A stretch of DNA of 62,965 nucleotides from Candidatus Altiarchaeota archaeon (GTDB lineage Archaea; Altiarchaeota; Altiarchaeia; IMC4; SCGC-AAA252-I15), in NCBI GenBank assembly GCA_043813075.1, contig JBDRLL010000019.1, positions 1-62,965 of the forward strand, given 5' to 3'. Position 1 is the first letter of the stretch. The number at the start of each line of letters is the position of its first letter. This document shows, piece after piece, positions 28,854 through 38,527 of this stretch. The position numbers were made by a program, and so were the translations under genes. A model generated the notes under the pieces. It was not told the DNA's origin. It searched no databases and was given only the letters and a program-made list of their open reading frames with translations.

Positions 28854-30284
28854 ATGTACGATAAGATACTAGACATTTCAAAACGAAGGGGCATATCATA
28901 CCCGTCATTCGAGATATACGGCGGAGTAAGCGGGTTCTATGACTACGGCCCCATCGGCACAAGGATAAAGAAGAACATTGAGGAACAATTGAGGAAGAGG
29001 TATGTCATAGGCCAGGGATGCATGGAGGTTGAATGCCCGACCCTCGGCCCAGAGAGCATGTGGATTGCGTCAGGACATGTGAAAAGCTTCACAGACCTCA
29101 TGTCAGAGTGCATTAAATGCGGTGAAGCATACAGGATAGACCATCTGATAGAAAACCAGTTGGGTGTGAACGTCGAGGGCAGGGGGCCTGAAGACATCCA
29201 GGAATACGTGGATAAGCTTGCATGCCCTAAATGTAAGGGCGGGCTGAGCAGCCCGTACAACTACAACCTTATGTTCGAGACCAGCATAGGCCCAGGCAAG
29301 GATAGGATAACAGCGTACCTCAGGCCTGAGACAGCTCAGTCGACTTATCTGGCTTTCAAGAGGCTTTGGGAGTTCGCGAGGAAGAGGCTGCCCTTCGGAG
29401 TCATGCAGGTCGGCCATTCATTCAGGAATGAGATATCCCCAAGGCAGGGCATGATAAGGCTCAGGGAGTTCAATCAAGCGGAGATACAGTTCTTCACAGA
29501 CCCTGAATGCCAGGAGACCGAGCGTTTCAGCGAAGTTGAAGGCATGAAGGTCAGGATAAAAGACAAGAATGATGGGGAGGGGGAGACCACGCTAGGAGAA
29601 GCCTATGAGGAGGGTGTGATAGGCATACAATTTATAGCGTACCAGCTGGGGAAGGCGGTGCAGTTCTTCACAGACATAGGGGTTGACCCGGACAGGCTCA
29701 CGCTCAGACAGCATAGGGATGATGAACGCTCGTTCTACTCGAGCGACACATGGGATGTTGAGTATCTGAGCGACACGTTCGGTAAGATAGAGCTCGTCGG
29801 CATAGCAGATAGGGGGCAGTACGACCTGTCACAGCACATGGAACACAGTAAGGAGGACTTGAGGATAAACGTTGACGGAAGGAAGTTCATACCGAAGATA
29901 ATCGAGGTGGCGTACGGCATAGACAGGCCCTTCTACTGCACCATAGAATCCTGCTTCAGGGAGGAGGAGGACAGGACTTACTTCAGCTTCCCTGTTAAGA
30001 CCGCCCCATACACAGCGTCAGTATTCCCGCTAGTAAAGAAGGACGGTCTGGCGGAGAAGGCGCGTGTATTATACGAGATGCTGCGGGAGAATGGAGTTTA
30101 CATCATATACGACGAGTCTGGGAGCATTGGGAAGAGATACGCCAGGTCTGATGAAGTAGGCATCCCATACTCGATAACAGTAGACTATGACACCATGAAA
30201 GACGACACTGTGACTATAAGAGAGAGGGATGGTAGAGGACAGAAGAGGGTTGCCTTGGGCGAGATATTAGGGAACCTTGTCTAA
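28854..30284 (+). CDS. glyS: Glycine--tRNA ligase (archaeal/eukaryotic type)
   Basis: IYGG..GFYDYGP, YLRPETAQ, FRNEISPR, RLREF.QAE, GSIGKRYAR.DEVG. Confidence 0.96.
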   Translation: MYDKILDISKRRGISYPSFEIYGGVSGFYDYGPIGTRIKKNIEEQLRKRYVIGQGCMEVECPTLGPESMWIASGHVKSFTDLMSECIKCGEAYRIDHLIENQLGVNVEGRGPEDIQEYVDKLACPKCKGGLSSPYNYNLMFETSIGPGKDRITAYLRPETAQSTYLAFKRLWEFARKRLPFGVMQVGHSFRNEISPRQGMIRLREFNQAEIQFFTDPECQETERFSEVEGMKVRIKDKNDGEGETTLGEAYEEGVIGIQFIAYQLGKAVQFFTDIGVDPDRLTLRQHRDDERSFYSSDTWDVEYLSDTFGKIELVGIADRGQYDLSQHMEHSKEDLRINVDGRKFIPKIIEVAYGIDRPFYCTIESCFREEEDRTYFSFPVKTAPYTASVFPLVKKDGLAEKARVLYEMLRENGVYIIYDESGSIGKRYARSDEVGIPYSITVDYDTMKDDTVTIRERDGRGQKRVALGEILGNLV

Positions 30285-31819
30285 ACGTATCCGCTAGGCC
30301 TTATCTCCTCGAGAAGACGGTTCAAACGAGCCCTAGAAACGTCAACCATCGCCTTCCGCACGACCTTATAGTCAGAGTCAACACGACTCTTCACGAACAT
30401 ATCTGATTTAATGGACTCAAAATTATTTGAGAGCGTTGGGTCGCAGAGCACCCTATCAACCCATTGACTGAAATCATTTATACTGCCCCTGAAGTGGTAC
30501 TTCATCGAGTTGGAGTCGACCTGCTTTAGGATGTCTATGAAGTCCCAGAGGCTCCTAGCCCTGAATCCAGTATACTGTATGTAGCCTCCGTCAGACTTGT
30601 TGAAGTAGAATGCCTCGTCAGGAGAGACCGTACGCAGAACCCACCTAGCGTCGTTATGAGACTCCTGGAGGGGCATGAAACTCCTTAACGTTCCGCTGAC
30701 CATGGAATTATCGAGAACCCGTATGTTAGGCCATATGCGGGAGCCCTCGCTTATAGAGATGTTGCCGCCAAGATTGCATCCAGAGCCGATCACAACATGG
30801 TTGCTTGACGTGTTATTAGTCCCCACACTGCATTTCTCAGCTATGAAAGTGTTTGTAAGCTTTGTGTCAGAACCAAGCCTGACCTCCTCAAATATTATCC
30901 CACCATTTATGAGGCTGCGCTCTCCAAACGTAACATCATTCATTATCGTGGTGTAAGGCCCGATTATACTATCTTTCTTTACCACAACATTGTCTCCGAC
31001 AACAACCGGACCTATGAGCAGAGAGCCTTTCTCCAGTATAGTGCCCTCGCCGACCACGACCTTGCCTTGCAACCTGCCGTCAACAGATGCGGTAGAGTGT
31101 ATCCTGTTTTCTATCTGTTTCATCATCCAGTCCCTAGCACGGATAAACCCTCCCGGCTGACCAACATCAACCCAGAATCCGCTGAACTCCTTCCCGTAGA
31201 TGCTCTCGCGCTCCAGGAGGCGGGGGAACAGGTCTTTCGCAAAATCGAAGAAAGTCCTGGCGGGAACGAAATCCAATGCCTCCGGCTCTAGGACGTATAT
31301 CCCAGTGTTAGCGAGATTGCTCTTGCAGTCGTCCACCATAGGCTTCTCATGGAAGTGCCTCACCCTGCCGGCGTCGTCTAACTCCATTATACCATAGTTC
31401 CAGGGGTCTTCGACAAAGAAGCCGGCTATAGTGCATAGGCCGCTGTAGAACCTATGGCTCTTCACGAGGGATGATATGTCTATGTCGGTGATGGTGTCGC
31501 CCTGTATTACAAGGAACGTTTCGTCAAGACCTTCCCTGATGTTCCTAACACATCCTGCAGTGCCCAAAGGCTGCTCCTCAAGGGGATAGTTAATCTTAAC
31601 GCCATTGTATTCACCCCCAACTGAGTCGACGACCTGACCCCTCAGATAGTTCGTGGTAAGGAATACTTCTGTCACACCGTGCATCTTAAGGTGGTCTAGT
31701 ATGTGGTAGAGAACAGGCTTGTTGACCAATGGTAGAAGCGGTTTAGGGCGCGTGAACGTAAGCGGACGCATACGCGTCCCGAAACCTCCGGCTAGTATGA
31801 CCGCCTTCAAATTAACCAC
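30281..31819 (-). CDS. NDP-sugar pyrophosphorylase (mannose-1-P guanylyltransferase-like) with left-handed beta-helix and C-terminal DUF5752-like domain
   Basis: LAGGFGTRMRPLT..RPKPL, PLGTAG, WVDVG, hexapeptide repeats; tail AFYF...ARSL.DF...YH...NDFSQWV. Confidence 0.88.
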   Translation of the reverse strand: MVNLKAVILAGGFGTRMRPLTFTRPKPLLPLVNKPVLYHILDHLKMHGVTEVFLTTNYLRGQVVDSVGGEYNGVKINYPLEEQPLGTAGCVRNIREGLDETFLVIQGDTITDIDISSLVKSHRFYSGLCTIAGFFVEDPWNYGIMELDDAGRVRHFHEKPMVDDCKSNLANTGIYVLEPEALDFVPARTFFDFAKDLFPRLLERESIYGKEFSGFWVDVGQPGGFIRARDWMMKQIENRIHSTASVDGRLQGKVVVGEGTILEKGSLLIGPVVVGDNVVVKKDSIIGPYTTIMNDVTFGERSLINGGIIFEEVRLGSDTKLTNTFIAEKCSVGTNNTSSNHVVIGSGCNLGGNISISEGSRIWPNIRVLDNSMVSGTLRSFMPLQESHNDARWVLRTVSPDEAFYFNKSDGGYIQYTGFRARSLWDFIDILKQVDSNSMKYHFRGSINDFSQWVDRVLCDPTLSNNFESIKSDMFVKSRVDSDYKVVRKAMVDVSRARLNRLLEEIRPSGYV

Positions 31820-31884
31820 CCCCAGGAGGAGTTATAGAAATTATTGCATTAAATATTGGAGCGTCTGATATATAAAAAGACAGG

Positions 31885-32775
31885 TTACATTCTTCTCCCT
31901 GTGATTATCTTGAACGCCTCCAGGTATTTCCTGCTGGTCTCCTCAACCACACTGTCCGGAAGCATCGGCGCTGGAGGCTCCTTATCCCACCTTATCTCCT
32001 CAAGGTAGTCCCTGACGTACTGCTTGTCGAAGCTGGGTTGAGGCCCCCCGGGATTGTATGAGCCTGCAGGCCAGAACCTGGATGAGTCTGGCGTTAACGC
32101 CTCGTCTATGAGGATTATCTTACCGTCAATGCTGCCGAACTCGAATTTGGTGTCAGATATGATTATGCCCTTAGGTTCCACGTGGCCGCATGCCATAGAG
32201 TATATGCTCAGCGTGTACTGCATGAGTTTTTCAGCTTTTTCCTTGCCGATTATCCTAGCGGACTCTTCAAAGCTTATGTTGATGTCGTGGCCTGACTCCG
32301 CCTTTGTCGCTGGAGTGTATATCGGCTTGGGGAGCCTGCTTGACTCCTTGAGTCCCTTTGGCAGGGGTATGCCGCATACTGAACCGGTCTTCTGGTAGTC
32401 CTTCCATCCGGATCCCGCCAGGTAGCCTCTCGCAACACACTCTATTGGGAATGTCTCCGTCTTCTTAACGAGCATTGATCGTCCTTCAAGAACGTCAGCG
32501 TGATGCTGGAGTTCTTCAGGGTATTCTTTAACATCGATTGATATCATGTGGTTGCCCACTATTGCACTGGTTTTCTCGAACCAGTAGGCTGAAAGCTGGT
32601 TCAATACCTTGCCTTTGAATGGAATCCCGTTAGGCAGTATGGAGTCGAACGCTGATATCCGGTCTGTGACGACGATCAATAGCGTGTCTCCGAGGTCGTA
32701 TATGTCCCTTACCTTCCCCCTCCCGTAGAGTTTTAATCCATCGAGTTTAGTCTCAGTGATAACGTCTCCAGCCAT
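31885..32775 (-). CDS. purC: Phosphoribosylaminoimidazolesuccinocarboxamide (SAICAR) synthase
   Basis: [46 protein letters not shown]. Confidence 0.96.
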   Translation of the reverse strand: MAGDVITETKLDGLKLYGRGKVRDIYDLGDTLLIVVTDRISAFDSILPNGIPFKGKVLNQLSAYWFEKTSAIVGNHMISIDVKEYPEELQHHADVLEGRSMLVKKTETFPIECVARGYLAGSGWKDYQKTGSVCGIPLPKGLKESSRLPKPIYTPATKAESGHDINISFEESARIIGKEKAEKLMQYTLSIYSMACGHVEPKGIIISDTKFEFGSIDGKIILIDEALTPDSSRFWPAGSYNPGGPQPSFDKQYVRDYLEEIRWDKEPPAPMLPDSVVEETSRKYLEAFKIITGRRM

Positions 32776-32862
32776 CGGATACCAATATGCGAATCAATGT
32801 AAATAAATATTCCAGAGTAGAAACCGTAAGCTATATAAACAGGATTATCCTTAATTTAGTAC

Positions 32863-33510
32863 ATGTCTGTCCGTAGACAGCCATGGGAGGTGTATAACCA
32901 GCGTGCCAGGTTTTACGACAGCATAATGTCTGCATCAGGCTACCACCCCACTGTTAGAGAGATGATCAGGACCATACCCCTGGATGTGGGCGGGGAATCT
33001 AGGGTTCTAGACATCGGCTGTGGTACTGGACTTGCAACAGACGTTTTTCTCGAGAGATACCCTGACTCTGAGATTGTTGGGATGGACTGCTCTGAATCGA
33101 TGCTGAGGATATACAACAACAAGTTCCCAGGATTAAGCACTTTATGCGGTGATTTTAACAATGGAAACTGCTTTAGGTCCTACCCCGGAGGCGGTATGGT
33201 CAAGCTGGAGCCTTCATCCTTTGACATTATCGTAAGCACTGGAGCGGTATCCGAATACGGAGACCTTGAGAGGACCATACCCTTCATACACAGTCTGCTC
33301 AGGGAGGATGGAGTTTTCATCAACGTCGGCGTTAGGAAGAACGTCATAAACAAGATTTCAGGGAGGATATGGCACTACAAGCCGAATGGAAGGGAGAAGC
33401 TAGTGCAAAGCTGCAGGGATACCGGCTTTAGGGACATCGAAGACATGAACATATCCATCAGACACTTCCCTTCAAACATGCTGAAGTATGTGGTAAAAGC
33501 AGTAAAGTGA
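32863..33510 (+). CDS. Class I SAM-dependent methyltransferase
   Basis: VLDIGCGTG, GMD.S..ML, SFDIIVS, LREDG. Confidence 0.9.
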   Translation: MSVRRQPWEVYNQRARFYDSIMSASGYHPTVREMIRTIPLDVGGESRVLDIGCGTGLATDVFLERYPDSEIVGMDCSESMLRIYNNKFPGLSTLCGDFNNGNCFRSYPGGGMVKLEPSSFDIIVSTGAVSEYGDLERTIPFIHSLLREDGVFINVGVRKNVINKISGRIWHYKPNGREKLVQSCRDTGFRDIEDMNISIRHFPSNMLKYVVKAVK

Positions 33511-33513
33511 TTC

Positions 33514-36500
33514 TCACCCATATGTTGACGATGCTGGCATGTCAGGATATTCCACCACACCAGATACATTGTGATCAGGGGACAACTGCACGCCGTCAGT
33601 GGATTCATTAAACTCTGCAACATCTTCAACAGTAACGCTGCTTGTATCGTATAACCCACCATCATCCAATTCAACCTCCTCGCCGATGGAATCCTCCTGT
33701 AGAACGAAGTCTGTTGAGACTGAAACGTTCGAAACCTCCATCCTGACGGAGGAGCCATACCCCAGGACATAAACCCACCCGTCGTCAGAGCCAAATGCTA
33801 TGTCAACGTACCCATCATTGTTCAAGTCAGCGACCGCAGGGCTGGAACGTATGTGACCTCCAGTAGCGTAGTGCATCCTCACGCTGCCGTTCTCTATGAC
33901 GTACAGCAGGCCGTCGTCGGAGCCTTGTATTATGTCAACGTTCTTGTCGTTGTCCAGGTCGGCTAGCGCTGGGCTGGAGTATGTGGGGGACTGCATTGTC
34001 ATCCGAATTAGTATCTTCCCGTTCTTGTTGAGGATATAGAGGTTGTTGCCGGAATTGTACACAAGTTCTTTTCCGCCGGATAGGTCAAGGTTCGCGACTG
34101 ACGGTGAGCTGTATGACCTTGAGCCGGTCTCTAGGAACCATCTTTTCTCCAGCTTGGACTGTTTTATCTTCCTAGTTGTAGCGACCCCGCCAGATATCAC
34201 CGGCACGCTCAAGTCTGTGAGAGTCTTCCGGTACAATTCCGTTATTGAACCATCATCTGAAGACACTATTATGTTAGGCGTGTACGGTTTCAAGTCGGCT
34301 ATCAGGGGCGTTGATGTTATGTCATCATTCATCGAGTACGTCCACATCAGGTAGGGGGGATAGTTTATCGCATAGAGGTTGTTGTCTCCAGACCCGACGA
34401 CTATCTCTAGCTTGCCGTCACCGTTTACGTCAAGCAGCGTGGGACTAGACTGCACTGTGCCCTGCGTCTTGTATGCCCAGTCCATCTTCCCATCATGTTT
34501 TATAGCGTACACGTTTCCGTCCCATGACCCAACTATAACCTCTGACTGGGGAGTCTCATCAGCGTTCACTGATATCGGCGATGATGTTATCTGGCCGTTG
34601 GTCTTGAAAGACCATTTTAGCATGCCCTTATCGTTCAGGCAGTAGAGCATACCGTCGTTGGAGCCGAATATCACTTCAAACCTGCCGTCACCTTCAAGGT
34701 CTATTACTAGGGGTGTTGACCTGACCGGGCCGCCGGTGCGGTACACCCACTTGAGCGCTCCAAGATGGTTGAGGGAATACAATCCCCCGTCGTCTGACCC
34801 GACTATAAGTTCCATGAAACCGTCATCGTCAACGTCGGTTATGACTGGGCTCGACTTTACGGGCGCTCCCGCATTGAAACGCCATAAGAGGCCGTAGTCG
34901 GTTGCGTTCGCATGCCTTATGGGCCTTGACTTCAGGTGCATGCCGTACCCATTGTTTTCCGCAACGTCCTTAAGCGGGTACACTGATTCAAGCGAGAAAC
35001 CACAGGCCCACGCCTGGACGTGATTTTTAGGAGTGTACTTGAAGTTGTTTTTAGGCCTGCACTCCCAGGACACTGAATAGTTTATCACAGGCAGCGGAAG
35101 CTCATCGATGAAAGGGGAATAGCAATCCCACGTGAAGTTGAAGGCGGTTATGTTGAATGGATATATTAGGGTCCCGTTCGAGAGCATTGCGTTGTATTCC
35201 GCCTGGTTGAATGAGTTGATGTATTGTTTCATTGCAGCGAATTGCCTTCCAGGTAGAGTTTGGTTTCTAACACCACAATATAGTCGGGCGTTCATCGGGC
35301 CGGTGAATGGCGAGCCGGCAGAACACGATAGAGTCATGTTAAGGGAGTTCGGGTCCAGGTATATCGACTCCATGTAATTGGTCCAGAGGAATGCTATCCC
35401 ATTCTTCATCTGATAATCAGTCCATGTCCTCCCTTTGTCGTCTGTTAGACTGCATATCCAGCCTGGATTCCATCTCATATCATGGGAGGGGTCTGATGTG
35501 GTCGTGAACCCTGTGTTACGCCAGTCATGCTTGTATTTAGGCCAGTGTTGTGTTGATGTTACCAGGACGCCGTAGTTGTTGTTCGTCTCGTCTGACTCAG
35601 GCTTCCTCTCCGCCTTGTTTAAAAGTATCTCGATTAGATGAGTCCCGGTTTGCGCATACCATGGGAAGGATAGGATCTTCTTACCCCCGGGTTTTAGGAA
35701 AATGGATTGCCTTGATTTTAGGTTACGGTCAACATAAAATGCCACAATCATGTTGGATGCGATACCTGAACCATTGTTGAGCACCTCCACGTCTATGCTC
35801 ACCTCCTGATCAGACAATAGTGTTCCATCATAGTCTATGTCTGTGACAACCAGGTCTGGTTGATGGCCGAGGACGTATATGGAGCCGTCATTGGATGTGA
35901 TGTATATTGAGTCGCCGTCCATGAGGGGTTTTGATATTATGCTGCCTCTTGCCGTGTAGACCCATTCTTCCCGCCCATCCGATTCCCTTATGGCGCTTAG
36001 TTTCTTGTCGTTTGATGGGAAATAGAGGATACCGTTATTTCTGAGGGGCATTGACTGGGATGTTGCCTGTAGTTCGTGGGTCCATACATCCATTCCAGAA
36101 AGCCGGTGTGTTGAGTGTATCTTCTTGTCATGGGAGCCGTAGATGATTGTCTCTGGAGTCAGTATCATGCCGGATGATATCTTCGCGGATAGGGTATAGT
36201 CTTGTATTATCTCGCCCGTATTCGGGTCTAGTGACGGTAGGAATAGCCTGTCTTGAAGTGATACGTAGATTTTGTCATCCGCAATGACTTCCATTATTTT
36301 TGCCTTCAGCCAGTTCCTCCAAATTTCTTCCCCCGTATTCTTGTTCAGTGCGATAATGGTTTGGTCTGACGGGATGTATATGATATCCCCACTCACTTTT
36401 ATGCTGTTTATTATCTGGTTGGGTGCGGTGAACTTCCATACTAACCGGCCCTTTGACGCATTGATTGCGTAGAGTGTTTTTTCATATGAGCAGATGTATA

Positions 36501-36906
36501 TCAGGCCGTCAGAGTATACGGGGGTTGTCACTATCTTGGAGTCTGCACCGTAGTTCCATACTTCTTGCCCTGACCGGTTTACGGCATATATCTTTCCAGT
36601 CAGCGTGCCAAAGTAGAATCTGTCTTCAGCCATTGTGAAAGAAGTGTATATGGGCTTTTTCGCGTTGAATGACCATATTACTTCACCAGCAGTCCTGTTT
36701 ATAGCGTATAGTCGTCCATTTGATGAAGCTACGTAGATTATGTCACCGTAGAATGCATCGTTGGATTGTATGATTCCGCCGAGATTAAGCCCCCATGAGA
36801 GTGACATTATATTCGAGTCTTCAGCAGAGGAGTTATTCAGGAGTATAAGGAGGATTAGGGCTGTCAATGCCGTTTTAAGCGTTTTCGGGCGTTTTTCGGA
36901 TTCCAT
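33514..36906 (-). CDS. Secreted PQQ-like beta-propeller + CARDB + FG-GAP propeller protein
   Basis: Signal peptide, G.LYA.....G...W repeats, PDLVV...V.NNG...ESDETNN (CARDB), SSP...DL..DG repeats, acidic tail. Confidence 0.85.
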   Translation of the reverse strand: MESEKRPKTLKTALTALILLILLNNSSAEDSNIMSLSWGLNLGGIIQSNDAFYGDIIYVASSNGRLYAINRTAGEVIWSFNAKKPIYTSFTMAEDRFYFGTLTGKIYAVNRSGQEVWNYGADSKIVTTPVYSDGLIYICSYEKTLYAINASKGRLVWKFTAPNQIINSIKVSGDIIYIPSDQTIIALNKNTGEEIWRNWLKAKIMEVIADDKIYVSLQDRLFLPSLDPNTGEIIQDYTLSAKISSGMILTPETIIYGSHDKKIHSTHRLSGMDVWTHELQATSQSMPLRNNGILYFPSNDKKLSAIRESDGREEWVYTARGSIISKPLMDGDSIYITSNDGSIYVLGHQPDLVVTDIDYDGTLLSDQEVSIDVEVLNNGSGIASNMIVAFYVDRNLKSRQSIFLKPGGKKILSFPWYAQTGTHLIEILLNKAERKPESDETNNNYGVLVTSTQHWPKYKHDWRNTGFTTTSDPSHDMRWNPGWICSLTDDKGRTWTDYQMKNGIAFLWTNYMESIYLDPNSLNMTLSCSAGSPFTGPMNARLYCGVRNQTLPGRQFAAMKQYINSFNQAEYNAMLSNGTLIYPFNITAFNFTWDCYSPFIDELPLPVINYSVSWECRPKNNFKYTPKNHVQAWACGFSLESVYPLKDVAENNGYGMHLKSRPIRHANATDYGLLWRFNAGAPVKSSPVITDVDDDGFMELIVGSDDGGLYSLNHLGALKWVYRTGGPVRSTPLVIDLEGDGRFEVIFGSNDGMLYCLNDKGMLKWSFKTNGQITSSPISVNADETPQSEVIVGSWDGNVYAIKHDGKMDWAYKTQGTVQSSPTLLDVNGDGKLEIVVGSGDNNLYAINYPPYLMWTYSMNDDITSTPLIADLKPYTPNIIVSSDDGSITELYRKTLTDLSVPVISGGVATTRKIKQSKLEKRWFLETGSRSYSSPSVANLDLSGGKELVYNSGNNLYILNKNGKILIRMTMQSPTYSSPALADLDNDKNVDIIQGSDDGLLYVIENGSVRMHYATGGHIRSSPAVADLNNDGYVDIAFGSDDGWVYVLGYGSSVRMEVSNVSVSTDFVLQEDSIGEEVELDDGGLYDTSSVTVEDVAEFNESTDGVQLSPDHNVSGVVEYPDMPASSTYG

Positions 36907-36949
36907 GTTAGTCTCCAGCCACCCACAACCCCATTTAATAGATGAGATA

Positions 36950-37043
36950 TTATATTATATAAACAATGTTTTTAAAACATTAATAGTTTTTATATTATAT
37001 ATATGATAAATAACAAATAGTTCACTATATATAGTACAATGTC
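36950..37043. promoter_or_regulatory. AT-rich divergent promoter region with repeated TTATATTATA/ACAATGT motifs and a palindrome
   Basis: TTATATTATA at 36950 and 36990; AATGTTTT-T-AAAACATT at 36965-36981; AGTACAATGT at 37033. Confidence 0.5.
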
Positions 37044-37064
37044 CAATAATATTACCTGGTAGAT

Positions 37065-37547
37065 ATGATGGATAGCCTAGACATAGAGATAATTAAGAAT
37101 CTGCAGGAAAACGCCAGAAAAAGCCTTAGAGACATAGGGGAAAAACTTGACACCCCGCACACCACAATACACTCAAGACTAAAGAAATTAGAGTCTAGGG
37201 GGCTTATAAAGGACTATGCTGCGATAGTAAACCCGCAAAAGATGGGGCTTAAGGTAGGCTACATAATACTCAACACACCACCACAGGAATCCAACCGAAT
37301 CACATCAATGATCGCGGAACACCCTGAGACCATGCACGTCATGAGGGCTTCTGACGGAAAGATAATAGTGAAAATCATTGTCGAAGACAAGCCAGACAAC
37401 AAGGGCATAACAGACTACGTCGACAAACTATGCGATCAGAGCAAGAACCTCTGCGATGAATCAATGCAAGTATACACAGTAAGCGAGATAGTCAAATACG
37501 AGCATGCGATAGACGAGATGATACTCGACAAGAAAAAGAAGAGATAG
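37065..37547 (+). CDS. Lrp/AsnC family transcriptional regulator
   Basis: LD.EII..LQENAR.S...I...L....TI..R.KKLE..GLI..Y. Confidence 0.93.
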   Translation: MMDSLDIEIIKNLQENARKSLRDIGEKLDTPHTTIHSRLKKLESRGLIKDYAAIVNPQKMGLKVGYIILNTPPQESNRITSMIAEHPETMHVMRASDGKIIVKIIVEDKPDNKGITDYVDKLCDQSKNLCDESMQVYTVSEIVKYEHAIDEMILDKKKKR

Positions 37548-38483
37548 TCAGATATATTCTATTGTGCTAGGCGGCTTAGGCGATATGTCATATAGGACCT
37601 TCACGACGGAAGGTATCTCGGACGTAATCCTCTCCTGAATAATCTTCAACTTTCTCCAAGGTATCTCGGATATGGAGGCAGTCAACGCGTCATCAGACTC
37701 CACGGAACGGACAGCTACGATATCCCCATAGAAACGCTTGCCCCCTTTGATGCCTGTGGCCTTGTCGCTGAGCAGTACTGCGAAATACTGGAACCCTCCG
37801 ATGCTTGAGAGCTCATCCTCCACAATGAAGGTAGCCTTACGGACGATATCAACCCTTGAGGAAGTAATCTCCCCAAGAACCCTGCAGGCTAGAGCTGGGC
37901 CGGGGAAGGGTATCCGATTGACCAGTGACGCGGGCATGCCAAGGTATGATGCGACATCCCTGACCTGCAGTTTGTACAGGTCCTTCAGCGGCTCGACTAT
38001 CCTCAGCCCGTAGTTACCAGGATCTATGCCAACCTGCTCGAGTATGTTATGCTGCGTCTTAATCCCACCAGTAGTCTCCTTAACGTCCGCTGCGATTGTG
38101 CCCTGTATCAGGACTTTTGTCCCGAAATCCCTTGCAGTCTCCCCAAGCACCTTGTAGAATGTGTCCCGGAACACCAAACGTTTTTCCTCAGGGTCTGTGA
38201 CGCCGTGGAGACTATCTAAGAACCTGGCCCTAGCATCCTTGACCCGGACTATGATGCCTATGGACTCGAATATGTCCCGTACGGTAACAGCCTCCCTATG
38301 CCTCATCAGACCGGTGTCGATGAAAACACATGTTAGCTGCCGGTCAACGGCCTTGTGGGCTAGGATCGCGCAAACGCTCGAGTCGATGCCCCCAGACAAT
38401 GCGAGTAAAACCCTGTCTGAACCGACTTCACGGCGTATCTCATCTATCTTCTCTGGCACATACTTTCTGGCAGCGAACGTCAT
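37548..38483 (-). CDS. guaA: GMP synthase, ATP-pyrophosphatase subunit B
   Basis: ALSGGIDSSV, DPEEKR, QGTI, IKTQHN, PFPGP, YDISPKPPSTIEY; no GATase domain (split archaeal type). Confidence 0.92.
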   Translation of the reverse strand: MTFAARKYVPEKIDEIRREVGSDRVLLALSGGIDSSVCAILAHKAVDRQLTCVFIDTGLMRHREAVTVRDIFESIGIIVRVKDARARFLDSLHGVTDPEEKRLVFRDTFYKVLGETARDFGTKVLIQGTIAADVKETTGGIKTQHNILEQVGIDPGNYGLRIVEPLKDLYKLQVRDVASYLGMPASLVNRIPFPGPALACRVLGEITSSRVDIVRKATFIVEDELSSIGGFQYFAVLLSDKATGIKGGKRFYGDIVAVRSVESDDALTASISEIPWRKLKIIQERITSEIPSVVKVLYDISPKPPSTIEYI

Positions 38484-38527
38484 ACACACCCCATATGTTA
38501 TTGAATTTGAAGACTGGTTAATATCTG

